From IMG/VR virus record IMGVR_UViG_3300031912_000871, positions 1 to 64,000 of that record: DNA of 64,000 bases; one strand, given 5' to 3'. This document shows, one piece after another, positions 1 to 8,762 of this stretch. The position numbers and the translations under genes are program-made. Each line of letters opens with the position of its first letter. Positions within the stretch are counted from its first letter, which is position 1. The DNA is from a virus (Duplodnaviria > Caudoviricetes). The notes under the pieces are model-generated. The model ran no database searches. It saw only the letters and a list, made by a program, of their open reading frames with translations, and was not told the origin of the DNA.

Positions 1-1058
1 TGATTGCGGTACTCGTTGGACACACCGGTGTAGATCGCCGTGGTGCTGGCGAACTTGTGCCCCACCTGGTCCTGCACGAACTTGACCGGGTAGTCGAACT
101 CGACCAGATGGGTGACGTAGGAGTGACGCAGGCAGTGCGGGTCGAGCGCCGGGTCCAACCCGGCCGCCTTCTTCGCGGCGACGAACGCCTCGTTGACCAA
201 CCGCGTGGACACCCGCCCCCGACGCTCGGTCACCCACAGCGCCGGATGTTTCCCCGGTCCCAGAGCCGGGCGGACCTCATGCAACCAGTGCTTCACCACC
301 GGCACCATCCAGTCCATCTCTGGCACCAGCAGCACGGTGCGGCGCCGCGGTGGACCGCCCCGCGATGCCTTGCCGTAGCGCACCATGACCATCCCGCACC
401 GGCCGAACTGCGGCGCTTTCGGATTCGATCGCACGTCAACGAGATCAAGCATCGCCACCTCGCGTCGGCGCAGCCCGAAGGCGTACGTCAGCTTCAGCAT
501 CGCCGCGTCCCTCAGCGCGGACAACGCGCCCTTCACCCCTCGCGCTCTGATCTGCTCCGCCCGTCCGTCGGCGGCGTCGAACAATGCCTGCAACTCGTCG
601 TAGGTCAGCGGTCGCCGGCTCGGGTCGCCCTCGTAGTCCTCGACATGGATCACCGAGTTGTCCTGGTGAAAAACCTGCTGTGGTGCCATGCCGAACCGGT
701 CGACGCACAACGAGGCCCAGCCGTACCGTGCATCAAGCAGGTACTCACAGAACATCCGCAGGTCAACCTCGTACGCGCGAGCCGTCGACAGTGCCAATGG
801 CCTGTCGCCGCCGCGTAGATGAGCGATGAACGCTTCTCCCTCGGCCGGCGTCCACTGCCACGGATACAGCCCCGAGAACTCCGCCAGCCGCCGCGTCAAC
901 CGCAACCGCTGCGTCACCGTCGCCTCAGCCAAGAAGCGACTGCGTTGCTGTGTCGCCCACCCCCGCAGCATCTCCTCGAACACCACGGGCGCCGGGTCCA
1001 GATGCACGACGTTGGGCGCCAGCACGAGGCTCGCCGAGCCAGGGTCATCACGCCGCAC
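1..1058 (-). CDS. Tyrosine recombinase/integrase (runs off left edge; absent from ORF track)
   Basis: Manual minus-strand translation from GTG 1058 (MRRDDPGSASLVLAPNVVHLD...) shows the catalytic set: FGLRRRE (R), PHCLRHSY (HxxR), VGH (H), TAIYT (Y). Confidence 0.9.
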   Translation of the reverse strand, partial: MRRDDPGSASLVLAPNVVHLDPAPVVFEEMLRGWATQQRSRFLAEATVTQRLRLTRRLAEFSGLYPWQWTPAEGEAFIAHLRGGDRPLALSTARAYEVDLRMFCEYLLDARYGWASLCVDRFGMAPQQVFHQDNSVIHVEDYEGDPSRRPLTYDELQALFDAADGRAEQIRARGVKGALSALRDAAMLKLTYAFGLRRREVAMLDLVDVRSNPKAPQFGRCGMVMVRYGKASRGGPPRRRTVLLVPEMDWMVPVVKHWLHEVRPALGPGKHPALWVTERRGRVSTRLVNEAFVAAKKAAGLDPALDPHCLRHSYVTHLVEFDYPVKFVQDQVGHKFASTTAIYTGVSNEYRN

Positions 1059-1065
1059 TCCGACG

Positions 1066-1208
1066 TTGTATCAGGTGCATCATTCTTGCAGCTACCTGAC
1101 GCGCCCTGAACACGCCGAGAAACACCTCGACGTCATGCGCGCAGAGAGCCCCGTTCACCTGGGATTCTTCTCAGACCGCCGACCGCACCAATGTTGCATC
1201 TAATGCAA
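1066..1208. mobile_element. Right end of the tyrosine-recombinase element: two related dyad sites
   Basis: TTGTATCAGGTGCAT (1066-1080) and TTGCATCTAATGCAA (1194-1208) lie in an AT-richer segment upstream of the integrase. Confidence 0.5.
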
Positions 1209-1550
1209 TTCCGCGCACTTGGGCGGGTCGTGGGAGACGTCGCCGCAGCCGGGCCACCGGCAGGCCAGGATGAGGTGTCCGCCGCACGGGCAGGTCGTCC
1301 AGCCGCGGGCGGCGCGGGTAGCGGATCCGCCGTCGTAGGGGTGGCCGTTCGGGCAGGCGGCGGGCGGGTCACCGGCCAGTTCGCGGACGGTGCGGTGCTG
1401 GTGCCGGGTGATGTCGGGGTTTGCGCGCGCCCAGGCCACCAGCTGGCGTAGCTCGGCGACGGTGTCGACGCGGCGGGCGGAGAGTCGGTCGCCGGGCAGG
1501 CCGGGCCGCCATCGGACCTCGATCTCCCAGCGTCGTACCCACTCGGACAC
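1200..1550 (-). CDS. Cys/His-rich putative Zn-binding protein, probably LexA-regulated
   Basis: CPNGHPY...CPCGGH...CRWPGC motifs; SOS box 12 nt upstream. Confidence 0.7.
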   Translation of the reverse strand: MSEWVRRWEIEVRWRPGLPGDRLSARRVDTVAELRQLVAWARANPDITRHQHRTVRELAGDPPAACPNGHPYDGGSATRAARGWTTCPCGGHLILACRWPGCGDVSHDPPKCAELH

Positions 1551-1562
1551 GCCCTGACCTTA

Positions 1563-1578
1563 TCGAACAGGCGTTCGA
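1563..1578. promoter_or_regulatory. LexA (SOS) box
   Basis: TCGAAC-AGGC-GTTCGA is an exact match to the actinobacterial consensus TCGAAC-N4-GTTCGA. Confidence 0.8.
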
Positions 1579-1588
1579 TTAAGCCTAG

Positions 1589-1616
1589 TTGACGGGTGTA
1601 CGCGGAGCACTACGCT
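1589..1616 (+). promoter_or_regulatory. Housekeeping-sigma promoter, probably leaderless
   Basis: TTGACG-N16-TACGCT, with GTG at 1623. Confidence 0.6.
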
Positions 1617-1622
1617 CAGCGA

Positions 1623-2177
1623 GTGAGTCTCGATGACGCGATCAACGCGATCCACCGCCAGAACGAGTACCAAGAACGCGAGGCGGCGAAGAAGCGGCAG
1701 CAGCTGCGCGAGGAAGACGAACAGGTCCGCCAGCTGTGCCTGGAGGCGGTCGAACGGCTGGCCGGGCTCGGCAACGAGGAGTTCGTGCGCGTCGAGCCGA
1801 AGCGCAGGATGCTCTGGCCGCCGTACCGCGACCCGCAGGGCAACCGGTACGCCGTGGTCTCCCGCCGCCGCTGCTGGATGATCGTGGACATCAGCGGAAT
1901 CCGCGAGTCGGACCGGGAGGCCCGCGGCCCGATCCGGAAGTCGCCGGTCCTGCTGCTCAGCGACGGCACGCTGGGCCGGTTCTGGCCGGAGCCGCTCGGT
2001 CTGCGGGCGACGTCCTGGGATGAGGAGCGAGCGGTCGAGTACGTGTCGTCCGTCGACCTGGACCCGGCCGGGCGGGACAACTTCACGATCGGCAGCTACA
2101 ACTCGAACTTCGTGATGCTGGTCAAGGACCGGCTCGCTCATGCCGTTGTCGCCTACCAGCGGCGGGCACGCGGGTGA
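1623..2177 (+). CDS. Hypothetical protein
   Basis: High-GC3 ORF; start moved to GTG 1623 because of the promoter position. Confidence 0.7.
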   Translation: MSLDDAINAIHRQNEYQEREAAKKRQQLREEDEQVRQLCLEAVERLAGLGNEEFVRVEPKRRMLWPPYRDPQGNRYAVVSRRRCWMIVDISGIRESDREARGPIRKSPVLLLSDGTLGRFWPEPLGLRATSWDEERAVEYVSSVDLDPAGRDNFTIGSYNSNFVMLVKDRLAHAVVAYQRRARG

Positions 2178-2187
2178 TCGTCAGCGT

Positions 2188-2571
2188 CTAGAACGCGATG
2201 ATCGGACCGCCGCCGGCGAGCCCGGCGTACAGGCCGGGCTGGCCGGTGAGCACGTAGCCCTCGTTGTCGACGGCGGCGAGGAGCGCGGCTGCGGCGTCGA
2301 GGCGACCTACCGTGTCGTAGACGACCGCCAGGGCCCGCCAGCTGGACGGGTCGACGGTGAGCACCACGGCGGCGGGGTGGTTGACGAGCAGGTCGAGCCG
2401 GTCACCGTCGGCGGCGGCGCGGGATGCTTCGGCCAGGCACATCACCGGCACCCCGAAGCAGCAGTCCTCGTCGGCCAGCTCGGCGATCACCTCGCCGACG
2501 TGGATCGACTCGCGGCAGAACGCGAGGATCGCGGAGGCGTCGAGGATGATCCGGATCGGGCGGTCGTTCAC
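2188..2571 (-). CDS. PIN-domain (VapC-like) toxin
   Basis: IILDASAIL N-terminus, E42-type residue (CLAEA), DAAAA motif, 127 aa. Confidence 0.85.
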   Translation of the reverse strand: MNDRPIRIILDASAILAFCRESIHVGEVIAELADEDCCFGVPVMCLAEASRAAADGDRLDLLVNHPAAVVLTVDPSSWRALAVVYDTVGRLDAAAALLAAVDNEGYVLTGQPGLYAGLAGGGPIIAF

Positions 2572-2753
2572 GCGGCGCGGGCGGGGAGGCCGATCTGGGC
2601 GCGCAGTTCGTCACGCAGCTCGGTGGTCCACCGCTGGTCGGCCGCGCGGAGCCGCTCCCGGGCGCGGGCCTTGCCCTCCGGGGTGACGACGATGCCGGCG
2701 GCGGCGAGGACGTCCTCGCTGCGGGTGCCGGTCTCGGGGCTCTGGTTGGCCAT
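2568..2753 (-). CDS. Cognate antitoxin
   Basis: 61 aa (MANQSPETG...), overlaps the PIN start by 4 nt. Confidence 0.7.
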   Translation of the reverse strand: MANQSPETGTRSEDVLAAAGIVVTPEGKARARERLRAADQRWTTELRDELRAQIGLPARAA

Positions 2754-2799
2754 GTCCGCAGGATACCCCCGTACGGGCGGGTAGTCACCCACGACGCGG

Positions 2800-2834
2800 A
2801 GCGGCCCCGCACCCGGGCAGGTTGCGGGGCCGCT
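2800..2834. terminator. Intrinsic terminator-like hairpin
   Basis: AGCGGCCCCGCA/TGCGGGGCCGCT 12-bp stem. Confidence 0.6.
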
Positions 2835-2846
2835 GGTAGCGGTGGG

Positions 2847-3209
2847 TCAGGTGGTGCAGAACGCGATCACCCAGTCGGGCAGCGGCTCGGGTTCCGGGGT
2901 GAGGTGCTTGGCCGCGTGGACGCCGGTGAGGGCCTGGCCGAGCGCCCGGTCCAGGTCGGGCCAGGACACCCAGTCGGAGTCGATGTCGCCGAGGACCCGG
3001 CCGGCGGCGACGGCCAGGCGGACCTGTCGGGCGGCCTCGGTCAGGTGCTGGGCGGCCTCGACGCGGGCCTCGTGGACCCGGACCGCGTGGTCGAGCTCGG
3101 CGGTGTGGGCCGGGCAGAGCGGGCTGCCGTCGGCGTTCGGCTGGCCGCAGGGCCCGGCCGCGTCCGGGTTCGGGGCGGGGCAGGTCCGGACGGTGGCGGG
3201 GGCGGTCAT
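2847..3209 (-). CDS. Hypothetical protein with a C-x-C-x-C-x2-H zinc-finger-like motif
   Basis: TCPAPNPDAAGPCGQPNADGSPLCPAH; coupled to the upstream gene. Confidence 0.65.
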   Translation of the reverse strand: MTAPATVRTCPAPNPDAAGPCGQPNADGSPLCPAHTAELDHAVRVHEARVEAAQHLTEAARQVRLAVAAGRVLGDIDSDWVSWPDLDRALGQALTGVHAAKHLTPEPEPLPDWVIAFCTT

Positions 3210-3721
3210 GCGGGCTGCCCGGCGTCGATCCGGGCGGCGATGGCGCCGCCGTGCTCGCGGATCAGCTCGTCCAGGTCGGCGACGATCGCCGGCCAGATGT
3301 GCTGCTCCCACAGGGCCACGTACGTGATGGTCGGTTCGAGGGGCATGCCCGCCTGGGCCAGCGCGGAGCCTTCGGCGTCGGTGAGCTGCCGGAAGAACTC
3401 CCGGTACGGCTCCGGCGTGGTGGTGATGGCCTTGGCCCAGAGGCCGGTGTCGGCCGGAGCGGCGGTGAGCCGGCGGGCGAGGTCGCGCATCTGGGTCGCG
3501 GCGCGTGTGTAGGCGGTGGCGGTGCCGTCGTGGTGGGCGGCGCCGCTGGCCGAGCCGGCGTCGCGGTGACGCTTCGCGGTCTTGCCCTCGTGCAGGGCGT
3601 ACAGCTCGAACTGCTCGGCGATCGCCGTGCACACCGTGGCCGCGAGGGCTGCGGGGTGCAGCGGGGCGTCCACGGCGGCGCGGATCCGCGCGCCGAGGTC
3701 GGTCGTGGGCTGCTGCTGCAT
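3206..3721 (-). CDS. Hypothetical protein
   Basis: GGAGACCC SD plus leader hairpin; MQQQPTTD... Confidence 0.7.
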   Translation of the reverse strand: MQQQPTTDLGARIRAAVDAPLHPAALAATVCTAIAEQFELYALHEGKTAKRHRDAGSASGAAHHDGTATAYTRAATQMRDLARRLTAAPADTGLWAKAITTTPEPYREFFRQLTDAEGSALAQAGMPLEPTITYVALWEQHIWPAIVADLDELIREHGGAIAARIDAGQPA

Positions 3722-3810
3722 GGATGGGTCTCCACTTCCGGGCCGGTCGCTCACCGGCCCACGGGTTGCAGGGTAGGCCACCGCGTCCAGCGCGGCGACC
3801 GGCCCGGCCG

Positions 3811-4437
3811 TCACCGCGTTGCGGCGGCCGGGGCGTAGCGGGCGCGGTACTCGCGCGGGTCGTACACGTCGTAGCCGAGGTCGACACCGCCGAACTCGTG
3901 CCGCCACCACAGCCCGTCAGCGAGGCGGGTAGCGCCGGTGCAGGTGACCGGCCGGGCGGGCCGGTAGTCGGCGAGCGCGGCGGCGACCAGCGACGTGTCC
4001 CGGTCGACGGTGACGCGGCGGGGCAGGTAGATGACGACGCCTTTGCCGTGCAGGAGGCCGGTGGGGCTGGTGGCGGCCTTCATGCCGAGACCGGCGGCCC
4101 ACACGATCGGGAACACGGCGGCCAGGGCGGCGCGTACGTCGGCGAGGGTCGCGGCGGGCGCGTAGAGCTTGTGCCCGGACCACGAGTCGGGCATGAGCAG
4201 CTGCTTCCACGCCGGGGTGGGCACGCGGCCGTCGTCGGCGATGCGGTGCCAGCGGGCGATCGCGTCGACCGCGTTGGTCGCGACGACGGCGCGTTCGAGG
4301 GCGGTGAGGTCGGCGGGGTCACCGAAGCGGGCAGGGCCGGCGATGTCGTCGGGCAGCTCGGTGCCCTGGATCTCCCACCAGTCGGGGGCGGCCGGCGCGG
4401 GGTGGATGGCTGGCGGGGCGACGGTCGTGGTGGTCAC
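3811..4437 (-). CDS. Standalone LanL/OspF-like phosphothreonine-lyase-fold protein (putative)
   Basis: GHKLYAP...MKAAT...GKGVVIYLP resembles the GxKxH..K..GKxxTxY lyase signature. Confidence 0.5.
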   Translation of the reverse strand: MTTTTVAPPAIHPAPAAPDWWEIQGTELPDDIAGPARFGDPADLTALERAVVATNAVDAIARWHRIADDGRVPTPAWKQLLMPDSWSGHKLYAPAATLADVRAALAAVFPIVWAAGLGMKAATSPTGLLHGKGVVIYLPRRVTVDRDTSLVAAALADYRPARPVTCTGATRLADGLWWRHEFGGVDLGYDVYDPREYRARYAPAAATR

Positions 4438-4482
4438 GGGGGTCTCCATCCTGCGGGTCGCTCGCCCGCTGGCCGGGGTGGA

Positions 4483-4623
4483 TCAGATCAGGTGGAGCAC
4501 GTTAAGGACGACGGACGGTGTGGCGGCGATGAACGCCTTCACCCGGTCCGGGCCGATCGCGGCCATCAGGACAGCGGCGGCGCCGAACGTGGCGGCGAGG
4601 GTGGCGTAGAAGCTGCGCGGCAT
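4483..4623 (-). CDS. Small membrane protein (46 aa)
   Basis: Strong SD, hydrophobic sequence, own promoter and hairpin. Confidence 0.65.
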   Translation of the reverse strand: MPRSFYATLAATFGAAAVLMAAIGPDRVKAFIAATPSVVLNVLHLI

Positions 4624-4681
4624 GGGGGTCCTCCGGTCTCTGGCGGGTCGCTCACCCGCACACCCCAAAGTGTAGCGCAGG

Positions 4682-5692
4682 TTAGGCGCTCCGCATAGCA
4701 AGCTCGGCGTCCAACTCGTCCACCAGCTGCTGCGCGGAAAGGTCAACCCGCAGTCTGTGGCCGATCCGGCCCTCCAGCGCGGCCACTTCGCGGGCCTTCG
4801 CCGGCCACAGCCGTGTGGCCTTGCGGAGGTCGCACGGCGAGGCGAGCACGCAGAACGCGCAGGACGCCCGGGTAAGGCCGTGGTCGTACACCGGGTGGTA
4901 CGGCACCCCGGACGCCTTGATCCGGTCCCACACCTGCTCGTCGGTCCAGGAGTGGATCGGCAGCCACCGCCACACGTGCCGGGTCGTCAGCGACGTGGCT
5001 CCGTGGTCCAACTCGAACGGCTTCAGCTTCTGCCGGCCGCAGGACTCGGCGCCGCGCATGCCCATGACGTTGAGGACCCTGACCGGCCGGCCGAGCGACT
5101 TTGGGCCTCCCAGCTCGTCCACCAGCTTGGTGATGAGTGCACGCACGGGCGCTCGCTTCTGGTCGGACGTGCAGTACCTGGCGGCCGAGGAGGGGAACAT
5201 GCCGCGCTCCTCGATCTGCTCCAGCAGGCCCTGCCGCTTGCCGTCCTTGGTGCGGCGGCTGACGACGATGAACCGGACGCCGTACGCCGCAGCGTGCCGG
5301 CCAGCCAGGTCGGCGGTCCCCTTCCAGTCCTTGGCCAGGGGGATGGTCTCGTCCCACTCGCTGTCGCGGAGGTCTGCGTGCACGGCCACCACGCGGTCGA
5401 GGATGCCGAGTCGGCGCGCCTCCGTGGCCACCACGTCGAGGATGGCCTGGGAGTCCTTCCCGCCGCTGATGTTGACGATGATCCAGTCGAACCAGGCGAG
5501 GTCGTCCGCGAGTTGTGGGGGCAGCGGCAGCGCTTCGAGCGCGACGCGTCGCAGGATCGCCCGGATGTGCGCCTTGGTGAGGTGCGGGGCGTAGCTGGCC
5601 CAGTCGTCGTTCGTCAGGGCTGGCGGGATGTCCGCCAGGCGCTTGGTGGTGCAGCAGGGCCGGTCGCAGCCGTCAACGGTGGCGCGGGCCAT
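4682..5692 (-). CDS. PAPS-reductase (DndC-like PP-loop) family protein
   Basis: SGGKDS PP-loop, RYCTSDQKRAP, GMRGAES, WLPIHSW, RASCAFC. Confidence 0.9.
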   Translation of the reverse strand: MARATVDGCDRPCCTTKRLADIPPALTNDDWASYAPHLTKAHIRAILRRVALEALPLPPQLADDLAWFDWIIVNISGGKDSQAILDVVATEARRLGILDRVVAVHADLRDSEWDETIPLAKDWKGTADLAGRHAAAYGVRFIVVSRRTKDGKRQGLLEQIEERGMFPSSAARYCTSDQKRAPVRALITKLVDELGGPKSLGRPVRVLNVMGMRGAESCGRQKLKPFELDHGATSLTTRHVWRWLPIHSWTDEQVWDRIKASGVPYHPVYDHGLTRASCAFCVLASPCDLRKATRLWPAKAREVAALEGRIGHRLRVDLSAQQLVDELDAELAMRSA

Positions 5693-5775
5693 TGGGTCTC
5701 CGATCGTCGTGCGGATCGCTCATCCGCAGGGGTATGACGATGGCCGGGCCGCGCAGGGCGGCCCGGCCGGGGTGG

Positions 5776-6147
5776 TCAGGGGCAGTCGCAGTCGCCGACG
5801 GGCAGGTCCCGGCAGGTCGGGCAGAGAGGCTCGACGGTGTACGCGCCGGGCCGGTTGGTGGCGTCGGCGTTGTCGGCGGCGGCCAGCTCGGCGAGGGTCG
5901 GGTCGTCGTGGGTCTCGACCAGGCGGTCGCCGTCGAACACGCCGTACTGCTGGGTGGGCTCGGCGAGGCTGATGGGCCTGCGGATCAGGGTGAGGGCGGT
6001 GCGGCGGGCCTCGCGGGTGAGGATGTCCCGGGCCAGGGTGCGCAGCTGCCGCTCGGCGATGATGCGACGCGCGGCGGCTTCGTCGGCCTCGGCGACCGGG
6101 CGGGGGGCGGGCCGGTCGGCGGCGGGCTGGATGCGGGTCTGCTGCAC
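5776..6147 (-). CDS. Hypothetical protein
   Basis: SD, hairpin and promoter; C-terminal CPTC..CDC. Confidence 0.7.
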   Translation of the reverse strand: MQQTRIQPAADRPAPRPVAEADEAAARRIIAERQLRTLARDILTREARRTALTLIRRPISLAEPTQQYGVFDGDRLVETHDDPTLAELAAADNADATNRPGAYTVEPLCPTCRDLPVGDCDCP

Positions 6148-6220
6148 GGGGTCTCCCTCGTTCGGGAGCGGGTCGCTCACCCGCTCACACCCCAAAGTGT
6201 AGCACAGTTTAGAGGTTGGG

Positions 6221-6499
6221 TCAGTGCCAGCCGATCAGGTGATTCCACTGGCCGCCGTACCACAGCGCGGCGTCGCGCTGCTCCGGCGTGATGGTCTTCT
6301 GGTTGGACTCGGGCGCCAGGGTGAACCGCTTGTCGACCTTCGCGGCGTGACGGATCGCGGCGTGGATCTCCTCGATGGTGAGGTCGAGGGCCTCGGCGAC
6401 GGTCCGGATGTTCATCCAGGAGCCGGCGCCGTACTGGTGGGCATGCAGGTCGTATGCGCGGCGGATCTGGCTGATCGCCCACTCGGCGGTGCGCTCCAT
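6221..6499 (-). CDS. Small winged-HTH-like protein
   Basis: WMNIRTVAEALDLTIEEIHAAI...PESNQK; own promoter. Confidence 0.7.
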   Translation of the reverse strand: MERTAEWAISQIRRAYDLHAHQYGAGSWMNIRTVAEALDLTIEEIHAAIRHAAKVDKRFTLAPESNQKTITPEQRDAALWYGGQWNHLIGWH

Positions 6500-6565
6500 G
6501 ATGGCCTCCGTTCGTTCCGGCGGGTCGCCCACCCACCTACACCCCGGAGTGTAGCAAACATTAAC

Positions 6566-6907
6566 TCACGGGGGGAAGCCCCCGACGCGATGCCCGCGCA
6601 CGTACTCGGCAGCCTGGGCGGCGGTCGCGTCGCCGACCGCGTTGCCCTGGCCGACGAGGGCACCACCCGGCCGGAAACCCGGCCGGGGCTCCCCCGACGG
6701 CGCGTCGGCCGTCCACCACGCCCGCAGCCGGCGCCCGGAGCGGGTCGCGGCGGACAGCTCCACCACCTCACGGTGGACGTCGCCGCACCGCAGCGGCCCG
6801 GTCGTGGTGATCCGGCAGTCCCAGCCGGCGTCGTGCACGGCGTCGACCAGCAGGTGGTAGGAGCGGGGCAGCCTCGGCGCGATCTCAGGCTTGTCGAGTA
6901 CGCCCAT
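6566..6907 (-). CDS. Hypothetical protein
   Basis: GAGGAGG SD, high GC3. Confidence 0.6.
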   Translation of the reverse strand: MGVLDKPEIAPRLPRSYHLLVDAVHDAGWDCRITTTGPLRCGDVHREVVELSAATRSGRRLRAWWTADAPSGEPRPGFRPGGALVGQGNAVGDATAAQAAEYVRGHRVGGFPP

Positions 6908-7025
6908 CACTGCCTCCTCGCCGTCCGTTGCGACACGGTTACCGAATGGAGAAAGGGTGAAGGATAAGACAGGTTTCCGTCTGCCGCACTGCGCGGGCCG
7001 GGGCACTCACAACCCCGGCCCCGCG

Positions 7026-7487
7026 TCAGCTGCTCTGCCAGTAGGACGGCAGAGCACCCTCGGGCTGCGGGAACTCGCGTACGCGCCGCTGCGCCTCCAG
7101 CATCACCGCCACCGCGTCGGTGTACTGGCGCATCTGCTTCAGCTGCTTCGGGTCGCGCAGCGCGGCCACGGCGGCCTCGGCGGTGGGGAACTGGGCCTCC
7201 AGCCAGCCGCCGGTGTCGCTGACGCTCCAGGCGCTGCCGTCCTCGCGGGCGCGGCTGACGACGCCGTACGCCTGGCTGCTCCACTCGCTGCGCCCGGGGA
7301 TCTCGATGACGGCGAACCGCAGCTGCTGAACCCCGTCGCCGTCGGTGCGGTAGTCGCAGGCGGCCGCGGTGTCGCCGATGGTGCTCAGGGTGTAGCCGGA
7401 GCTGGCGGCGATGTCCCGGAGGGTGGTCGAGATCAGCTGGCGGTCGGGCGTGACGGCGGGCTTCTTGCGCTGGACGGTCTTCGGCAA
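7026..7487 (-). CDS. Hypothetical protein
   Basis: GGAGACCCC SD plus hairpin. Confidence 0.7.
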   Translation of the reverse strand: MPKTVQRKKPAVTPDRQLISTTLRDIAASSGYTLSTIGDTAAACDYRTDGDGVQQLRFAVIEIPGRSEWSSQAYGVVSRAREDGSAWSVSDTGGWLEAQFPTAEAAVAALRDPKQLKQMRQYTDAVAVMLEAQRRVREFPQPEGALPSYWQSS

Positions 7488-7534
7488 CGGGGTCTCCTGT
7501 GGGCCGTGGGCGGGTCGCTCTCCCGCCCGGGTGG

Positions 7535-7747
7535 TCAGGCTGTGGTGGCGGCGTGCGCGCCGGCGTCGATCGCGGCGGTGCTGATGCCGCGCTCGACGGC
7601 ACCGAACAGCACGTCGGCCTGGCCGAGGTGCGCGGCGAGGGTGGCCGGGTCGGTGGTGGCGGCGTCCTGGTCGCTCCAGGTGGTGCCGGGGATCCGGGCG
7701 ACGAGGACGATGGTCACGGTGTCGGAGCGGTCAGGCAGGGCCTCCAC
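7535..7747 (-). CDS. Hypothetical protein
   Basis: GGAGG SD, high GC3. Confidence 0.6.
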   Translation of the reverse strand: MEALPDRSDTVTIVLVARIPGTTWSDQDAATTDPATLAAHLGQADVLFGAVERGISTAAIDAGAHAATTA

Positions 7748-7800
7748 GGGTGCCTCCGGTGGGTGGGAGGGCCGACGCTGGGTCGGCCCTCCGGGGGTGG

Positions 7801-7992
7801 TCAGAACGGGATGTCGTCGGTGGTGTTCTTGCTGGCGAGGATGCCGAAGGGGTCGGCCATCGCGGCCTGGTAGCCGACGCTGGTCCGGGCCAGCTTCTCC
7901 CGCACCTGCTGTGCGCTCTCGGGGGTTGCGAGGGGCTCGGGGGTGCGTACGGTGAAGGTGTAGGTCCGGACGATGCGGGCGGCCTCGTTCAT
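7801..7992 (-). CDS. Hypothetical protein ending in DDIPF
   Basis: SD, hairpin and promoter; acidic-aromatic C-terminal tail like SSB. Confidence 0.65.
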   Translation of the reverse strand: MNEAARIVRTYTFTVRTPEPLATPESAQQVREKLARTSVGYQAAMADPFGILASKNTTDDIPF

Positions 7993-8400
7993 CGGGGGTC
8001 TCCTGTTCTGCGCGGGTCGCTCACCCGCACACCCCGAAGCGTAGCATAGTTTCGCCAGGTCTGCGCGACAGTCCCGTTCACGGGATGTAAGTGCATAACG
8101 AGCGAGGTGGCGAGAGGGCACGCGCATAAGTCCCGGTTTTCGCGATCTGTCGAAACGGGGCCATCCGTCGCACAGGCCATCATCGACCGTCGCTTGGTTG
8201 CACCCCCACGCATGACGCGCCTTCACTGCTCCTAGCTGGGAACATCCGCCATCCCCAACGCCCGCCGGGAGCAACCGCTCCCGATTGGACAGCCTGGGGG
8301 CCGGAGTACCCACGAGGTGCGGGGAGGCGATACCGTCTCTCCTCGCACCTCCTCCGGCTGCGCCTGCCGGAATCCGACGCACGCGCGGAAGGAGGTGATG

Positions 8401-8526
8401 ATGGTGGACGCGAGTCAGGACGGTCATGCCCCCGACCGGAAGACAGCCCGGTTGTACGCCTGGGCGGCTCTTCTCGGTGCGGTGGCCACACTGGTGAGCG
8501 CCCTGGCTGGATGCTTCCCCACCTGA
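8401..8526 (+). CDS. 41-aa single-TM peptide with LAGC lipobox; candidate type I toxin or lipopeptide
   Basis: AAGGAGGTG SD; MVDASQDGHAPDRKTARLYAWAALLGAVATLVSALAGCFPT. Confidence 0.6.
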   Translation: MVDASQDGHAPDRKTARLYAWAALLGAVATLVSALAGCFPT

Positions 8527-8548
8527 CGGGCTAGCCCGTCAGGTGGGG
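8517..8548. terminator. 32-bp perfect palindrome / terminator
   Basis: CCCCACCTGACGGGCT-AGCCCGTCAGGTGGGG. Confidence 0.7.
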
Positions 8549-8762
8549 TGCACCGGCCGGACCGGCCGCATAAGCGTTCGGGTCGTGATGGCGGCCGGTC
8601 CCCCTCAGCTGGACCGCGAGAAGCTGCCCAGGGTGACGTGGCGACTCTAGTAGGAACGCCTCTGCTTGGGTACACGCATTCCGTCACACCGCAATTCGGA
8701 CTGGCCCCGCGCCACTGGCCATTCATCTGATCGGTCAACGAATCTCCCTGCTCAGACGACCC

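Noticed and set aside
57-818. 253-aa plus-strand ORF and many other long ORFs in the track (for example 58644-60653, 18148-19953, 25267-26964)
   Set aside because: Antisense or off-frame shadows of real genes, caused by high GC; Arg/Gly/Pro-rich with no SD or motifs.
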